From: a virus
Taxonomy: Duplodnaviria > Caudoviricetes
Direction: 5' to 3' (one strand)
Length of the DNA stretch: 29,340 bases
IMG/VR virus record: IMGVR_UViG_3300037419_000226
Span: 1-29,340 of that record
The notes under the pieces are model-generated. The model did no database searches and was not told where the DNA came from. It saw nothing but the letters and a program-made list of their open reading frames with translations. Below, one piece after another: positions 8,541-18,282 of this stretch; the first letter of the stretch is position 1, and every line of letters begins with the position of its first letter. The translations under genes were made by a program, and so were the position numbers.

Positions 8541-10106
8541 TTAGCTATATCCGATTGTTACGTCAGTAAGACTGTGTTTAATTAGTCTTTTCAACCTTAA
8601 AATAGTTTCTAAGGAAGGAGAATCGCTACCAAACAAGGCAGTTAAATCTACAAGAAAAACCCTGCCAAAGTATCGTTCTTGAATAGTTGACGCATTTCCT
8701 GCGTAAATAACAAGTAATGACGCAACGTCGCTGTTGACAGTAAATGTATCAAACGTCCAATTCCACTTATTTGTAGCACCGATCATGGCATAATTTTCTT
8801 TCGTGATAATGGAAACTCCTGTCGTAGCATCTCCTACATCATAAAAAATATCACCGTTCGTTCCTGTTGTTTTTGAATAAACACCTAATAAATATTTGTG
8901 TCCTGTCACAAGATTAACAATATTGTTAGACAAATCTCTCGGTTTCGACCATAATCTCCCTGTAACTGCGGCTGCTGTTAGGTGAGCGATTTTCCCGTTA
9001 CTCTTTACTTCCCAATCCGTAGAAGTTTCATAAGCAACTGTTCCATTAGACACTCCCCAATAGGTCATGGAAGCATCTGAAAAATCTGTTTGTCGTAACC
9101 AATTGGTCATAGTGATTTTTGGTGTGAAAAGTTCTTCCAATTCTTTTGTATTGTCTCCCATTGTCCAATATTTCGATAAAAATGGGTCAATTAACGGATC
9201 AATAACGGTAGGTGCAGAAGTTACCGTTCTTGCTACATTAATAAACGAAATAGAATTTAATAAAGGTCTTATTTTTAAACCTGTTTCTCCTGATACTTGC
9301 AAAGTGTCGGGATTGTATTTACGATTTGTTGTAATAAACTTTCGTATCTTTTCAAAGTAAGGAGTAATAAAAACATTTGACTGAGATAACGATTGTTTGT
9401 CAAACGTCGATATTGCAATATCGCAATCTTCGAATGATGGATTAATAAATGTATTCCCCATACAATCTCTCATTTCAATAGCAACATTACACCAATTAAA
9501 ACGCAATTGCCTAAATACGTTCAAATCATTTAAATTATACAATACGTCTGTTGTGGTTAAGCGTAAGCCAGTAATACAACCCCAAATTTCCGCTTTAATC
9601 TCACAACGGAAAGAATTGGATAACTCTAAGGCGGTATAAAATTTTTCAAACCTGACATTATCTAAGATGACTTTAGAACCCCATGTGTCTGATTTTACTT
9701 TTAAACCTGTTGCTAACCCCATACTACTAGATGAACCTTTTATCTCAATATTTTTGATAATCGGGGCTTGTGCCGATGGGTCATTACTAACAGTTAAAAA
9801 GGTAGTAGTATTTTTGTCTGTGTACTCGAATGTTGCTCCTTTATGACCATTTGCATAAATGATTATCCCGTTTGGAATAGTGTGTGAACTGTTAAATAGG
9901 TAATTCCCCTTGCAAAGAATCGCCTTTCGATTATTAGTAGTCGCATAAGTGAACGCACGCTCTAAAGCATTATCGGCAGTTGTCTCCCCTGCAAGAATGT
10001 AACTATCAAGAAATGTCGCATTTTCTGCCAAAGATGTCGTATTGTCATCGACCTTTTGGACGAAATTCTGATCAATCATATGTTCTGGTATTCTGTCTAA
10101 TGCCAT
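8541..10106 (-). CDS. Tail fibre/spike with right-handed beta-helix (pectate-lyase-like) domain and C-terminal CBM-like domain
   Basis: GETTADNALERAF beta-helix cap, repeated Asn/Cys/aromatic ladders (NTFINPSFEDCDIAI, NVFITPYFE), C-terminal NWLRQTDFS...LVTGHKY...LVDLTALFG. RBS AAGGAGG. Sits where SPbeta has fibre genes. Confidence 0.7.
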   Translation of the reverse strand: MALDRIPEHMIDQNFVQKVDDNTTSLAENATFLDSYILAGETTADNALERAFTYATTNNRKAILCKGNYLFNSSHTIPNGIIIYANGHKGATFEYTDKNTTTFLTVSNDPSAQAPIIKNIEIKGSSSSMGLATGLKVKSDTWGSKVILDNVRFEKFYTALELSNSFRCEIKAEIWGCITGLRLTTTDVLYNLNDLNVFRQLRFNWCNVAIEMRDCMGNTFINPSFEDCDIAISTFDKQSLSQSNVFITPYFEKIRKFITTNRKYNPDTLQVSGETGLKIRPLLNSISFINVARTVTSAPTVIDPLIDPFLSKYWTMGDNTKELEELFTPKITMTNWLRQTDFSDASMTYWGVSNGTVAYETSTDWEVKSNGKIAHLTAAAVTGRLWSKPRDLSNNIVNLVTGHKYLLGVYSKTTGTNGDIFYDVGDATTGVSIITKENYAMIGATNKWNWTFDTFTVNSDVASLLVIYAGNASTIQERYFGRVFLVDLTALFGSDSPSLETILRLKRLIKHSLTDVTIGYS

Positions 10107-10154
10107 TAAATTTCCTCCTTTCAGGAAAAATAATTAAGTTTGTAAAATTTACCA

Positions 10155-10201
10155 TAAAAATAAAAATATTTGCAGCAATTCGAATTTTTAGCTACTGCAA
10201 A
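10155..10201 (-). terminator. Second hairpin with U-rich tail upstream of fibre gene
   Basis: Minus strand TTTGCAGTAG...TTGCTGCAAA followed by TATTTTTATTTTT. Confidence 0.45.
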
Positions 10202-10230
10202 CTTCTATTAAAATTTTGCTTTTATTAGAT

Positions 10231-10286
10231 AAAAAAATAGCAACAGATATAATTGAGTTCATGACTCCCAATTCATCCGTTGCTAT
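10231..10286 (-). terminator. Long-stem intrinsic terminator after major tail gene
   Basis: Minus strand ATAGCAACGGAT...ATCTGTTGCTAT with inner AATTG/GAGT pairing, followed by a T run. Confidence 0.75.
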
Positions 10287-10304
10287 ATGTTTGATTAATT
10301 TTTA

Positions 10305-11039
10305 TTACACTCTGTCTACTTCAATAATACGACCAATTTCTGTGCTGTTTGGGGCAGCTAATGCATCAAATGTAATCTCTGGTGCGATTGCAGTTCCACT
10401 TTCAAAAGATAATTCGAAATCACCTTGAGGTACAGCGTGGTCAAGTTGAATATAAATATCTTTAACAACTTTGTTTGTTTCAGGGTTGTAACCAATTGTG
10501 TGATATTCAATTACAAATGCTTCTGCAAATTTCTCAGCATCAAATGCAACAATATTACCAGTTACGCTTTCTTGATAAATAACACTTACTTTTTCTCCAG
10601 CAAGAGCGTGTCCTGTAGGAATTGTAACTTTCTTAGTTGCTACTGTAGCAGATACAACTTCACCTTTACCGTTAACTACATGAACAGTCGTTCCTATTGG
10701 AGTACCAACGATTGTAACTTCCAATACAGAAGCATTATTTACAACAACCAAATCGTTCTCACGTTTGTAAATAGTTGCAGTACCGTCTTCTTCAATCGCA
10801 ACACCTTGAGTCATACTTAAAAACTCTTGGTCATAAAATGCGTTTCTGAAGTTAGTGGTCATTTCTTTTTGACCTTTCATTACAGCTAGAGGTTTGTTAC
10901 CGATTCCACCAAGTACCTTTTCGTTGATTCCGAGTGATTGGCTGATTGCTGCTAATTGCGTTTCAGCCGTAGCAAATACGTGTCCATCTGATTTACGTTT
11001 GATCACTACATCTGCTGTATCGCTAATAAGTAATTTCAT
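10305..11039 (-). CDS. Major tail (tube) protein, YomU-like
   Basis: 244 aa beta-rich, strong RBS AAGGAGG, highly-expressed codon style, C-terminal FELSFESGTAIAPEITFDAL typical of tube proteins, followed by terminator. Confidence 0.7.
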   Translation of the reverse strand: MKLLISDTADVVIKRKSDGHVFATAETQLAAISQSLGINEKVLGGIGNKPLAVMKGQKEMTTNFRNAFYDQEFLSMTQGVAIEEDGTATIYKRENDLVVVNNASVLEVTIVGTPIGTTVHVVNGKGEVVSATVATKKVTIPTGHALAGEKVSVIYQESVTGNIVAFDAEKFAEAFVIEYHTIGYNPETNKVVKDIYIQLDHAVPQGDFELSFESGTAIAPEITFDALAAPNSTEIGRIIEVDRV

Positions 11040-11080
11040 TTATTTTCCTCCTTAAAAATTATAAGAATGAGCAGATAATT

Positions 11081-11797
11081 CTACTCTTTGAACATACTAC
11101 TTGTGTTTTTATTGAATTCTTCGCTTGTAACAAAATGCTTCTCTTCTTCAAATAAATCAATATGCTTACTCCAACTATCTATCTTAATTTTTTCAGTAGA
11201 AACAGTAGAAAATAATGTGGTAGTATCATAGTTTTTGAATTGTGCAATCCTATAATAAGTCATGTACAGTTGGTAGATTGTGAATTCATTAATGTCTTGA
11301 TAAGACAATCCATTAAATCCAACAACACTTGTCACTATGTCAGCAAACTCTGTTTTTTCACCATCAAGACTTTTTACACGTTTACTCCGTTCGATTGCTT
11401 TTTGAATTTCTGGATTCGGATTAATTCTTTCTTCTTTCATACAATTCATTGTTATTACTAGTTTTCTATAATAGTCAAAACTTTTTTCGTCAATATGAGA
11501 TAATGCATACTCACTATTGAACACTTTGTTAAACAACTTGTAATAGGAATTTTGCAATTCAGGAATACCATGAACAATTTCATACAAAGGTAATCTTCGT
11601 AATTCATCAATTAATTCGTTTAACGCACCATTTTTATTGATTTCGCAATATTTATGAATTATCTGATCTTTAGACATGGATGCCACTTGCAAGTCCATAA
11701 AATAGTCAGGATATTCTTTTACTTTTAGAAACTGACATTCTCCAATTTCTGTTTGAATAGGCAATCCTAAAATGTAAAATTCTTTAATATCCATCAT
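11081..11797 (-). CDS. Conserved SPbeta-like virion morphogenesis protein (YomV-like)
   Basis: 238 aa, ATGA overlap with upstream gene, synteny. Confidence 0.6.
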   Translation of the reverse strand: MMDIKEFYILGLPIQTEIGECQFLKVKEYPDYFMDLQVASMSKDQIIHKYCEINKNGALNELIDELRRLPLYEIVHGIPELQNSYYKLFNKVFNSEYALSHIDEKSFDYYRKLVITMNCMKEERINPNPEIQKAIERSKRVKSLDGEKTEFADIVTSVVGFNGLSYQDINEFTIYQLYMTYYRIAQFKNYDTTTLFSTVSTEKIKIDSWSKHIDLFEEEKHFVTSEEFNKNTSSMFKE

Positions 11798-12285
11798 GAT
11801 TTTGTACTTCCCACTTGAAAAACATGACGATAACCACTGTAATTTTTAGGGGTATTGATATTTGTCCCATCCAAATATTCCATTTTTCCAATGCCAGTAA
11901 TTCGCTTACCAACTAATAAGTCGTTCAAACATTTACCTATAGAATCAAAGCGTAAATCAGCATCAAATAACTCATGCCACAGAACATCAATGATGATTTC
12001 TTGATTGAAATAGTAAGGGTTGCTTGTAGCATTCCTACCACCCAAATACAAGTAAATCCTACACTTCGGTTCATCAGCCAAATCGTCACTCTTGGAATTC
12101 AACAGTATCCTATCATCAATAACTCTCCAATTTAGTTGCTCATAATCAGATATATTGGGGATTTCAGGGGATAATGGATCAGGTGTGTTTGAAAGCAAAT
12201 CTTGAGGTGGATACCATAATAACCTTTTCAGGGTTTCACTAGAAATCAACACATCAAAAGTATCCTTGATATAATTCTTACTCAC
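11794..12285 (-). CDS. Tail terminator/completion-like protein (YomW-like)
   Basis: 163 aa, GTG start, in head-tail joining cluster. Confidence 0.55.
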   Translation of the reverse strand: MSKNYIKDTFDVLISSETLKRLLWYPPQDLLSNTPDPLSPEIPNISDYEQLNWRVIDDRILLNSKSDDLADEPKCRIYLYLGGRNATSNPYYFNQEIIIDVLWHELFDADLRFDSIGKCLNDLLVGKRITGIGKMEYLDGTNINTPKNYSGYRHVFQVGSTKS

Positions 12286-12289
12286 CTAA

Positions 12290-12937
12290 TCACACCCTTT
12301 CCGCAATAAGTTTGATAATGCCTTTTTCATTGATTACTTTTGTGTAGTCAATGTCTTTGATTTTGTACTTGTTATTGTACATAGTGAACTCATAGTTATA
12401 ATTAACAGTATCGGACAGTTGATATTTCAATGTGATGAATACGGTGTTTTTAGGAATCACCAATTGGCTGTCTGTATCAGTAGAGAAATTACCTGATTCA
12501 ACAATACAAGGCTCTAACTTATCAACGGAATAAACATCTTCATAAACAGGCTTACCGAGTTGGTTATGTCCTTTGAGTTGACTTGTTTTATTTAGCTTAA
12601 TAGGGTAGGTGTTGTTACATTTTTTCAATGTAGCAGAAGGATAGATTTCATTAATTCCCTCACCCTGAAAATCCATAATCAAATAGGAGTTACTATTTAA
12701 TTCCACAACAGAACCAATATCAACCTTTGTATTAGGTATAAATAATAACGACTTTTCATCACTATTTTTCCCTTGTGAATACAAAGTTTCATATTGTATA
12801 CCATTAATGGATAGTAACCTATAATTTGGATTACCAATAAACATCTTAATAAACGATTGCTTTGTATGATCCACCAATCTCTCAGCAGAAGTTTTATTTA
12901 CACGTTCACGATATTGATTCAAATAATCAGAAGGCAT
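12290..12937 (-). CDS. Head closure/neck protein (YomX-like)
   Basis: 215 aa beta-rich, RBS GGAGG, synteny. Confidence 0.55.
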   Translation of the reverse strand: MPSDYLNQYRERVNKTSAERLVDHTKQSFIKMFIGNPNYRLLSINGIQYETLYSQGKNSDEKSLLFIPNTKVDIGSVVELNSNSYLIMDFQGEGINEIYPSATLKKCNNTYPIKLNKTSQLKGHNQLGKPVYEDVYSVDKLEPCIVESGNFSTDTDSQLVIPKNTVFITLKYQLSDTVNYNYEFTMYNNKYKIKDIDYTKVINEKGIIKLIAERV

Positions 12938-12940
12938 TTT

Positions 12941-13261
12941 TTATACCTCCTTGCTAATCATTTTATTTGGAATAGTTTTCGCTACAGAAATACACTCAAA
13001 TATCATTCTTCTGTACTCTTCATGAGAATCCAATAAAAGTAAAGATTCCAACTTATGTACCAAAGATAGGAAGTGAGCGTTCTTTAAGTAAATTTCTTCT
13101 GCACCTAATAGTTCAAGATTAAGATTGTACAAATATTGTTGCCAATCTAACTTTTCTTCCTTCAAAGGTAAAAGTTTATAAATTCTTGAAACTAAGTAGG
13201 GATTACAATAACTTTGAAGTGATTCATTAGATAATTGACTATCATACTTAACATTAATCAT
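12941..13261 (-). CDS. Small conserved phage protein (YomY-like)
   Basis: 106 aa, ATGA overlap with upstream gene. Confidence 0.55.
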   Translation of the reverse strand: MINVKYDSQLSNESLQSYCNPYLVSRIYKLLPLKEEKLDWQQYLYNLNLELLGAEEIYLKNAHFLSLVHKLESLLLLDSHEEYRRMIFECISVAKTIPNKMISKEV

Positions 13262-13713
13262 AATAAGTCACCAGAAAGTCCACCGTACAATGATTGTCTA
13301 TTATTTGTGTAAGAATATTTCGTAACCAATGAATTGATTTCTTTTTCCGTTTCCATTTTTAAGTCAATTAAGACTTTTAAATGATTCGCTTGACTAGTAA
13401 GACGGAAATCCTTATCTCCTAACATTTGTTTCAGCAAACTCACACTATTCAATTGTCGTTTAATCCATTCCAATTTCATTAAATTAGCCAATATTTCTAT
13501 TTCATGAATAGACAAATCAACATTAAATTGTTGCATGTTATCATCTTTATCAAAAATATCAACTTTGGGGAAATCAAATTGAACAATCGCACCATTTAAT
13601 AATTTGGTTAAGTCTGCTTCAATATCAACAGAAAGGGAAGTGTAAAGATCATCTTCAATCTTACTTAAGAAGGAGTCAAAAACTTTTTCAAAAGGGGTAG
13701 ACATAATTTTCAC
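13258..13713 (-). CDS. Head-tail adaptor-like protein (YomZ-like)
   Basis: 151 aa helical (STPFEKVFDSFLSKI...DKDFRLTSQANHL); true start may be the Met of MSTPF; synteny. Confidence 0.6.
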   Translation of the reverse strand: MKIMSTPFEKVFDSFLSKIEDDLYTSLSVDIEADLTKLLNGAIVQFDFPKVDIFDKDDNMQQFNVDLSIHEIEILANLMKLEWIKRQLNSVSLLKQMLGDKDFRLTSQANHLKVLIDLKMETEKEINSLVTKYSYTNNRQSLYGGLSGDLL

Positions 13714-13719
13714 TCCCCA

Positions 13720-14223
13720 TTATTTCTTAGTCGATTTCTTTTTATCTGTTGCTTTTTCTTGTTTCTCTTCTTCTTTCTTTTCTTGGACAGCAAATAAAAC
13801 ATCAACACCGCTATGTTCTTGGATAACTTCGAGTTTATCTAAGTCACTAAGTTTGGTATCAATAGCTGCTTGTGCAATCTTTTCACGAATTGAATCAGAA
13901 GTGTTTTCAAGAGTGGTTTCGATTGTATCAACTGACTTTTTAAGTAAGGCTTTAATTTCTTTATCATCTAACATGTATTCTTTATTTACAGGTAAACCTA
14001 ATTCTTCACGAACATCCATATCCTTAATTAATAAGAAATTTTCAAGTAATTCATAACCACCTGAAGCACTTACTAATTCACGCAATTCTTCAAGGGATAC
14101 TTTTTTCTTGGAATCTGGTTTATCCCATTTTCTATGAATACGTGATAGTTCAGAAAAATAAGAAACACTGCCAGTACTATTATTGATTACCTCAACCATC
14201 ATATTATCTTTTAATTCAGCCAT
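13720..14223 (-). CDS. Conserved phage protein (YonA-like)
   Basis: 167 aa, RBS AAGGAGG, lysine-rich C-tail, first conserved gene after capsid. Confidence 0.6.
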   Translation of the reverse strand: MAELKDNMMVEVINNSTGSVSYFSELSRIHRKWDKPDSKKKVSLEELRELVSASGGYELLENFLLIKDMDVREELGLPVNKEYMLDDKEIKALLKKSVDTIETTLENTSDSIREKIAQAAIDTKLSDLDKLEVIQEHSGVDVLFAVQEKKEEEKQEKATDKKKSTKK

Positions 14224-14253
14224 TATTTAATTTCCTCCTTTTAATCGTAAAAC

Positions 14254-15027
14254 TTAATCAGCGTATTTCCAGATGAATTTAGCATAAGTTTTTCGTCCAC
14301 CTGAAGCACAACCTGAGATTCCTTTGTAATTAAGAGATAATGCATCTGCTGCTTCACTGCCACTGTTCCAATATTTAATCAAATTTCCTTGAATGTCATA
14401 TTGAATTACTTTTTTAGAACCAGTATATCTGTTGCGTTTCTTTGGTTTTCTAGAAAGATTTTTAATATTAAACTCTTCACTTTCGTAATCAGTTAAATAC
14501 ACCCACATAAATCCATTACAAGAAATCCTAGTGCCTTTGCAACATTGAGAAATATGCTTTCCTTTATTCCCTAATGATTCTTGAGCCTCTTTGATATTCT
14601 TATGGATTGCAATGAACTCACCATTCAAAGAAAGTTGCACCACTGCTTTTTGCCTTTTTTCTAGACCTGATTTAATTGCTTCTTTCGGCATTTTGAAACC
14701 AGTTGTACTATTAGCAGTTGGGGATAAATTGTAACCATCTTCACAAGCATTTAATTCATCAATCCAAGATTGCTCTCTTTCTAGTAAATTATCAATATTA
14801 ACTTTTTCAAGAACAATGAAGATAAAATATTTTGAGTCTTTATTATAAGCCCTTTGTAGATAGACATTAGGGTGCTTATTTAAATCCAATGATCTTTTAT
14901 GCTCATGTTGAGTCCTTTTATATAGATTCTTAGAAGAACCAATATAGAATTTATTATTTTTTAAATTAACTATTGCATATATACCAGAATAAGTATCTTG
15001 TTTTGATATAATACTTGTGTTTATCAT
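14254..15027 (-). CDS. Free-standing GIY-YIG homing endonuclease with NUMOD1-type DNA-binding repeats
   Basis: SGIYAI...FYIGSS, LEREQSWID, GYNL; two repeats (KAVVQLSLNGEFI...ISQCCKG...GFMWVY; KKVIQYDIQGNLI...ISGCASG...KFIWKY). RBS GGAGGTG. Confidence 0.92.
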   Translation of the reverse strand: MINTSIISKQDTYSGIYAIVNLKNNKFYIGSSKNLYKRTQHEHKRSLDLNKHPNVYLQRAYNKDSKYFIFIVLEKVNIDNLLEREQSWIDELNACEDGYNLSPTANSTTGFKMPKEAIKSGLEKRQKAVVQLSLNGEFIAIHKNIKEAQESLGNKGKHISQCCKGTRISCNGFMWVYLTDYESEEFNIKNLSRKPKKRNRYTGSKKVIQYDIQGNLIKYWNSGSEAADALSLNYKGISGCASGGRKTYAKFIWKYAD

Positions 15028-15040
15028 GGTTTCACCTCCC

Positions 15041-15079
15041 CAAAACTACAAAGAGAGAGTATCGTTAATAGATACTCTC
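15041..15079 (-). terminator. Hairpin/terminator after major capsid gene
   Basis: Perfect 9-bp IR GAGAGTATC(15055-15063)/GATACTCTC(15071-15079), followed on minus strand by TCTTTGTAGTTTT. Confidence 0.6.
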
Positions 15080-15104
15080 AAATGTTAAATTATTTAATTT
15101 TAAA

Positions 15105-16094
15105 TTAAAGTGCGGTATTTTGAAAAATACCAAAATGATTGAGGTTAAGAACTGCTGTTCCGACCTTTTTATAGGCTTTAAATTCCATCGAGTCATCAGA
15201 ATTTTCAACATCTTTAACAACAGTTTGACCTTCAAGAGCAACTTTAACGATTTTCTCATCAGCAGTTCCACCTGTAGGAATAACGAAAGCATATTGAGGG
15301 TTGAAAACTTTAGTTGTGTTGTTAGCATCTTCGAAAGATTGAGGAAGAACAACAACGTTAGCACCATTGTAACGACCAATGTAACCTTGTTCTCTCATGT
15401 CAGCCTTATCAGCATCTCCGATGAAGTTAGTGTCTGGAGTTAGAGTTCCAGCAAATTCAGGAGTACAGAAGATAGTTGCGTTACCACCATAAGCTTTAAC
15501 AGTGTTGATAATACGTTTCATTTCAGCAGCAACAAAAGAACTTGCAGCATGTTTGTTAGCAGCAGGAATAGAAGCGTAAGTACCGATTAAAGCAGTTTGG
15601 ATTTCTTTGTAAATTTGATCTTCAATACCTTGAATGATAAGATCAGTAAGTTCAGCAAAGTCCATAGCACCGTCTAAGAATTGTTCGAATTCAACATAAC
15701 CTGCACCGCCATAAGCGTGAGTAGAAACATCTACAAAGTCACTGTCAAGTCTTACACGTTCAAACACTCCACCAAGACCAACCTTAGTAATGAAACGTTT
15801 AACATTGTTACGACCTTTTTTAAGTTTGAAACGTGCTTTTGTGCCTTGAGCATAAGTTTTAACTTCAGCAAACATACCAATAACGTCACGAATACGATTA
15901 GGAGCAACTTCATCAATTACTTCTTGAATTAATTCAAAAATATCTAATTTGTTTCTACGGTAAGTATTGAAATCAGGGGCTAATTCACGGAACTTATCAC
16001 GTAATGCACCTTCCATATCTGTTGCTGAGAAGTTAGCAGGAACTTCTTTTTTATATACTGCTAAAGCTAATTGTTTAATTTCAGTTTTGTTCAT
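15105..16094 (-). CDS. yonB: Major capsid protein, YonB-like
   Basis: 329 aa, strong RBS, highly-expressed codon bias, GYIGRYNGANVVVLPQ motif, follows scaffold and decoration genes. Confidence 0.8.
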   Translation of the reverse strand: MNKTEIKQLALAVYKKEVPANFSATDMEGALRDKFRELAPDFNTYRRNKLDIFELIQEVIDEVAPNRIRDVIGMFAEVKTYAQGTKARFKLKKGRNNVKRFITKVGLGGVFERVRLDSDFVDVSTHAYGGAGYVEFEQFLDGAMDFAELTDLIIQGIEDQIYKEIQTALIGTYASIPAANKHAASSFVAAEMKRIINTVKAYGGNATIFCTPEFAGTLTPDTNFIGDADKADMREQGYIGRYNGANVVVLPQSFEDANNTTKVFNPQYAFVIPTGGTADEKIVKVALEGQTVVKDVENSDDSMEFKAYKKVGTAVLNLNHFGIFQNTAL

Positions 16095-16135
16095 AATATT
16101 TTATTTCCTCCTTAGTATTGTTTAGTTAATTTTTA

Positions 16136-16663
16136 TTAAGCTTTTACTACTAAAAACTTTAATCCATTTTCACCATTTGGAAGAGTTACACCTTCAACAA
16201 CTTTAAGTTGAACTGCTTCAGTTCCAGCAGGAGTAGCAACGATACGAATATATCCAGAAGCATTAGGAACGCCATAAACAGTAGTTGCATTAATAGCAGT
16301 TTTGATAGCAGCGTAGTTTGCATAAACCGCATCGTCAAATTCTACTGCGTTAGATTCGAATCTGTCACCAACTTTTAATTTCAATAGACGAGGGGAAAAT
16401 TCACCTTGTTTAACAACAAAATATTTACGACCTTTTCCTTCATAATCTTTTTCAACAGAAGCGTGAAGATGAACAGCAGAAGTTGCATCTACAGGTTTTT
16501 TAACTTTCTTAGCAACGTGGTCTGCAAGTAAAAGCATTCCATTTTCAACTTGAGTTACAGCAGCGTCCAAGTCATATTGAACCTCGATTTCACCTGTTTT
16601 TACTGCTGCTACTTTATTTAATTCAACTACACCATATTGACCAGCTAATTTTTGAATTGCCAT
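16136..16663 (-). CDS. Capsid decoration/auxiliary head protein, YonC-like
   Basis: 175 aa, ENGMLL motif, between scaffold and capsid genes. Confidence 0.6.
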   Translation of the reverse strand: MAIQKLAGQYGVVELNKVAAVKTGEIEVQYDLDAAVTQVENGMLLLADHVAKKVKKPVDATSAVHLHASVEKDYEGKGRKYFVVKQGEFSPRLLKLKVGDRFESNAVEFDDAVYANYAAIKTAINATTVYGVPNASGYIRIVATPAGTEAVQLKVVEGVTLPNGENGLKFLVVKA

Positions 16664-16689
16664 AGTATTTTTAGTCCTCCTTGATATTT

Positions 16690-18258
16690 TTAGTTTTTAT
16701 TTTTATATTCTTCTACTAAATTAAACCAACTTGGAACATCGGTTTTAGTAGTTTCGAAACTTGTTAAACTTACAATAGATTCAGTACCTTTTTTCTTGTC
16801 TTTCTTAGAGAATGTAAGGTTACGTTTTCCAACCTCAGCTAAAAGATTTAATTCTAAATCTTCCATAGAGTATTGATCAATGTTGTCCATAAATGGTTTA
16901 ATTGCATCCTCTGGTAGTTCAGAGAATTTTTCAATTACAGCCATTTTATTTTCCTTGTCTTTCTCTGCTTTGAATTCACGTAAAGAAGTTAGTTCACCTT
17001 GAGCATCTTCAATAGCTTTTTTATCTTCAGTGAATTTGTCCTCAATTTCCTTAGTGACTAGTGATTTATTTTGTTCTAATTCAAATTCCTTACGCTCAAC
17101 TGAAGTTAAAGTAAATCCAACTTGTGATTCACCTTCCATGTCCACATAAGAAATTTTGATTGGACGTTTGCTTTCGAATTTGATTTCAACAAAGTCACCA
17201 TTCAATGTGTAATCTAAAGCAACTAAACGATTTTCTTGTGCATCTTCCGCAATAATACGAGTTTCATCATGATCTACAAACCAATAACTACGAGATTCAT
17301 AATCCCACTTGTCCATGTATTTTTCCTTTGATAAGGAATTGCGGATTTCATTTCTAAGTTGATTTCCTGTTAATGCAAATTGTTCAGGAGTCTCAATTAC
17401 AGGTTCTACAGGTTGTTCTTCTACTCTTGGTTCAGATTCAGACATTTGGAACAGTTTTGATTCTAAATCTTCAAGACTATAAGAATCTAAAGATTTCTTA
17501 ACTTGTTCTAAAACGTCATCTCCGAGTTGTGAGAATTGAACTAACAATTCTAATTTTTTATCCACAGTTTCGCCTCCTTCTTGACTTGTTTCTTTTGTGA
17601 AATTTGTAAAATTATTATTAAACTCAGCAAGTAATTCAGCCATTTCATTTTGCATTGTTGAAACACTAAATTTTTCTATTAAACTTCCTGTCATTGCAGG
17701 AGTAACACCTTCTCCTAAAATGCAAGCTGCTTCAAATTTGAACTTGCTGAAAGAATAAACGCCTTTTTTATCAAAATTACCTTCAATAGATGATGATTCC
17801 AATTCCATAGATTGTGATTTCGAACCATCACGTTCAAATATTTCAACGGATTCAGGAAACTTGTTATAAAGTAATCCATCACAAACTAAATATTCTCTTT
17901 CTACACCATCAACAGTTTTCATTTCAAAGGTTGCATTATTTGTTTCAGGAATAATTCCATAAACTCTACCTAGATACTCAATACTAACTCCATCTTTATC
18001 AATGACGATTTTTTGTTCATGTCCATTAAAATCTGCTTGATTCAGTTTATCAGTAGATATATAGCCGACTATAGGTATGTTAGCAAGAGAGGGGAGGGCA
18101 TCTTCAACAACATCTTTAGTGAATATTGATTTATTTAAGTTTCTGCCTGTGTGCAAAATTGAGATTTTAACTTTTGTAAAACGACTATCTTCACTTTCTT
18201 CTTGTTTTTCAAACTGGATAGGAAGAGAGGTATTCAACTCTAACTTCAAATTTTTCAC
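16690..18258 (-). CDS. yonD: Prohead protease/scaffold fusion, YonD-like
   Basis: N-terminal HTGRNLNKS...SQSMEL...PAM pattern of phage head serine proteases; acidic coiled-coil C-half; follows portal. Confidence 0.7.
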   Translation of the reverse strand: MKNLKLELNTSLPIQFEKQEESEDSRFTKVKISILHTGRNLNKSIFTKDVVEDALPSLANIPIVGYISTDKLNQADFNGHEQKIVIDKDGVSIEYLGRVYGIIPETNNATFEMKTVDGVEREYLVCDGLLYNKFPESVEIFERDGSKSQSMELESSSIEGNFDKKGVYSFSKFKFEAACILGEGVTPAMTGSLIEKFSVSTMQNEMAELLAEFNNNFTNFTKETSQEGGETVDKKLELLVQFSQLGDDVLEQVKKSLDSYSLEDLESKLFQMSESEPRVEEQPVEPVIETPEQFALTGNQLRNEIRNSLSKEKYMDKWDYESRSYWFVDHDETRIIAEDAQENRLVALDYTLNGDFVEIKFESKRPIKISYVDMEGESQVGFTLTSVERKEFELEQNKSLVTKEIEDKFTEDKKAIEDAQGELTSLREFKAEKDKENKMAVIEKFSELPEDAIKPFMDNIDQYSMEDLELNLLAEVGKRNLTFSKKDKKKGTESIVSLTSFETTKTDVPSWFNLVEEYKNKN

Positions 18259-18282
18259 CTCCTTTCAAAGTAATCAACTATG

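Noticed and set aside
14224-15104. Group I intron around the GIY-YIG gene
   Set aside because: Flanking gaps are only about 30 and 77 nt, too short for a ribozyme core; both neighbours look complete with own stop and RBS.
15065-15379. Alternative-frame minus ORF overlapping the capsid 3' end (possible frameshift extension)
   Set aside because: Leu/Lys-rich off-frame composition, no RBS, would extend only about 13 codons past the capsid stop, no clear slippery site identified.
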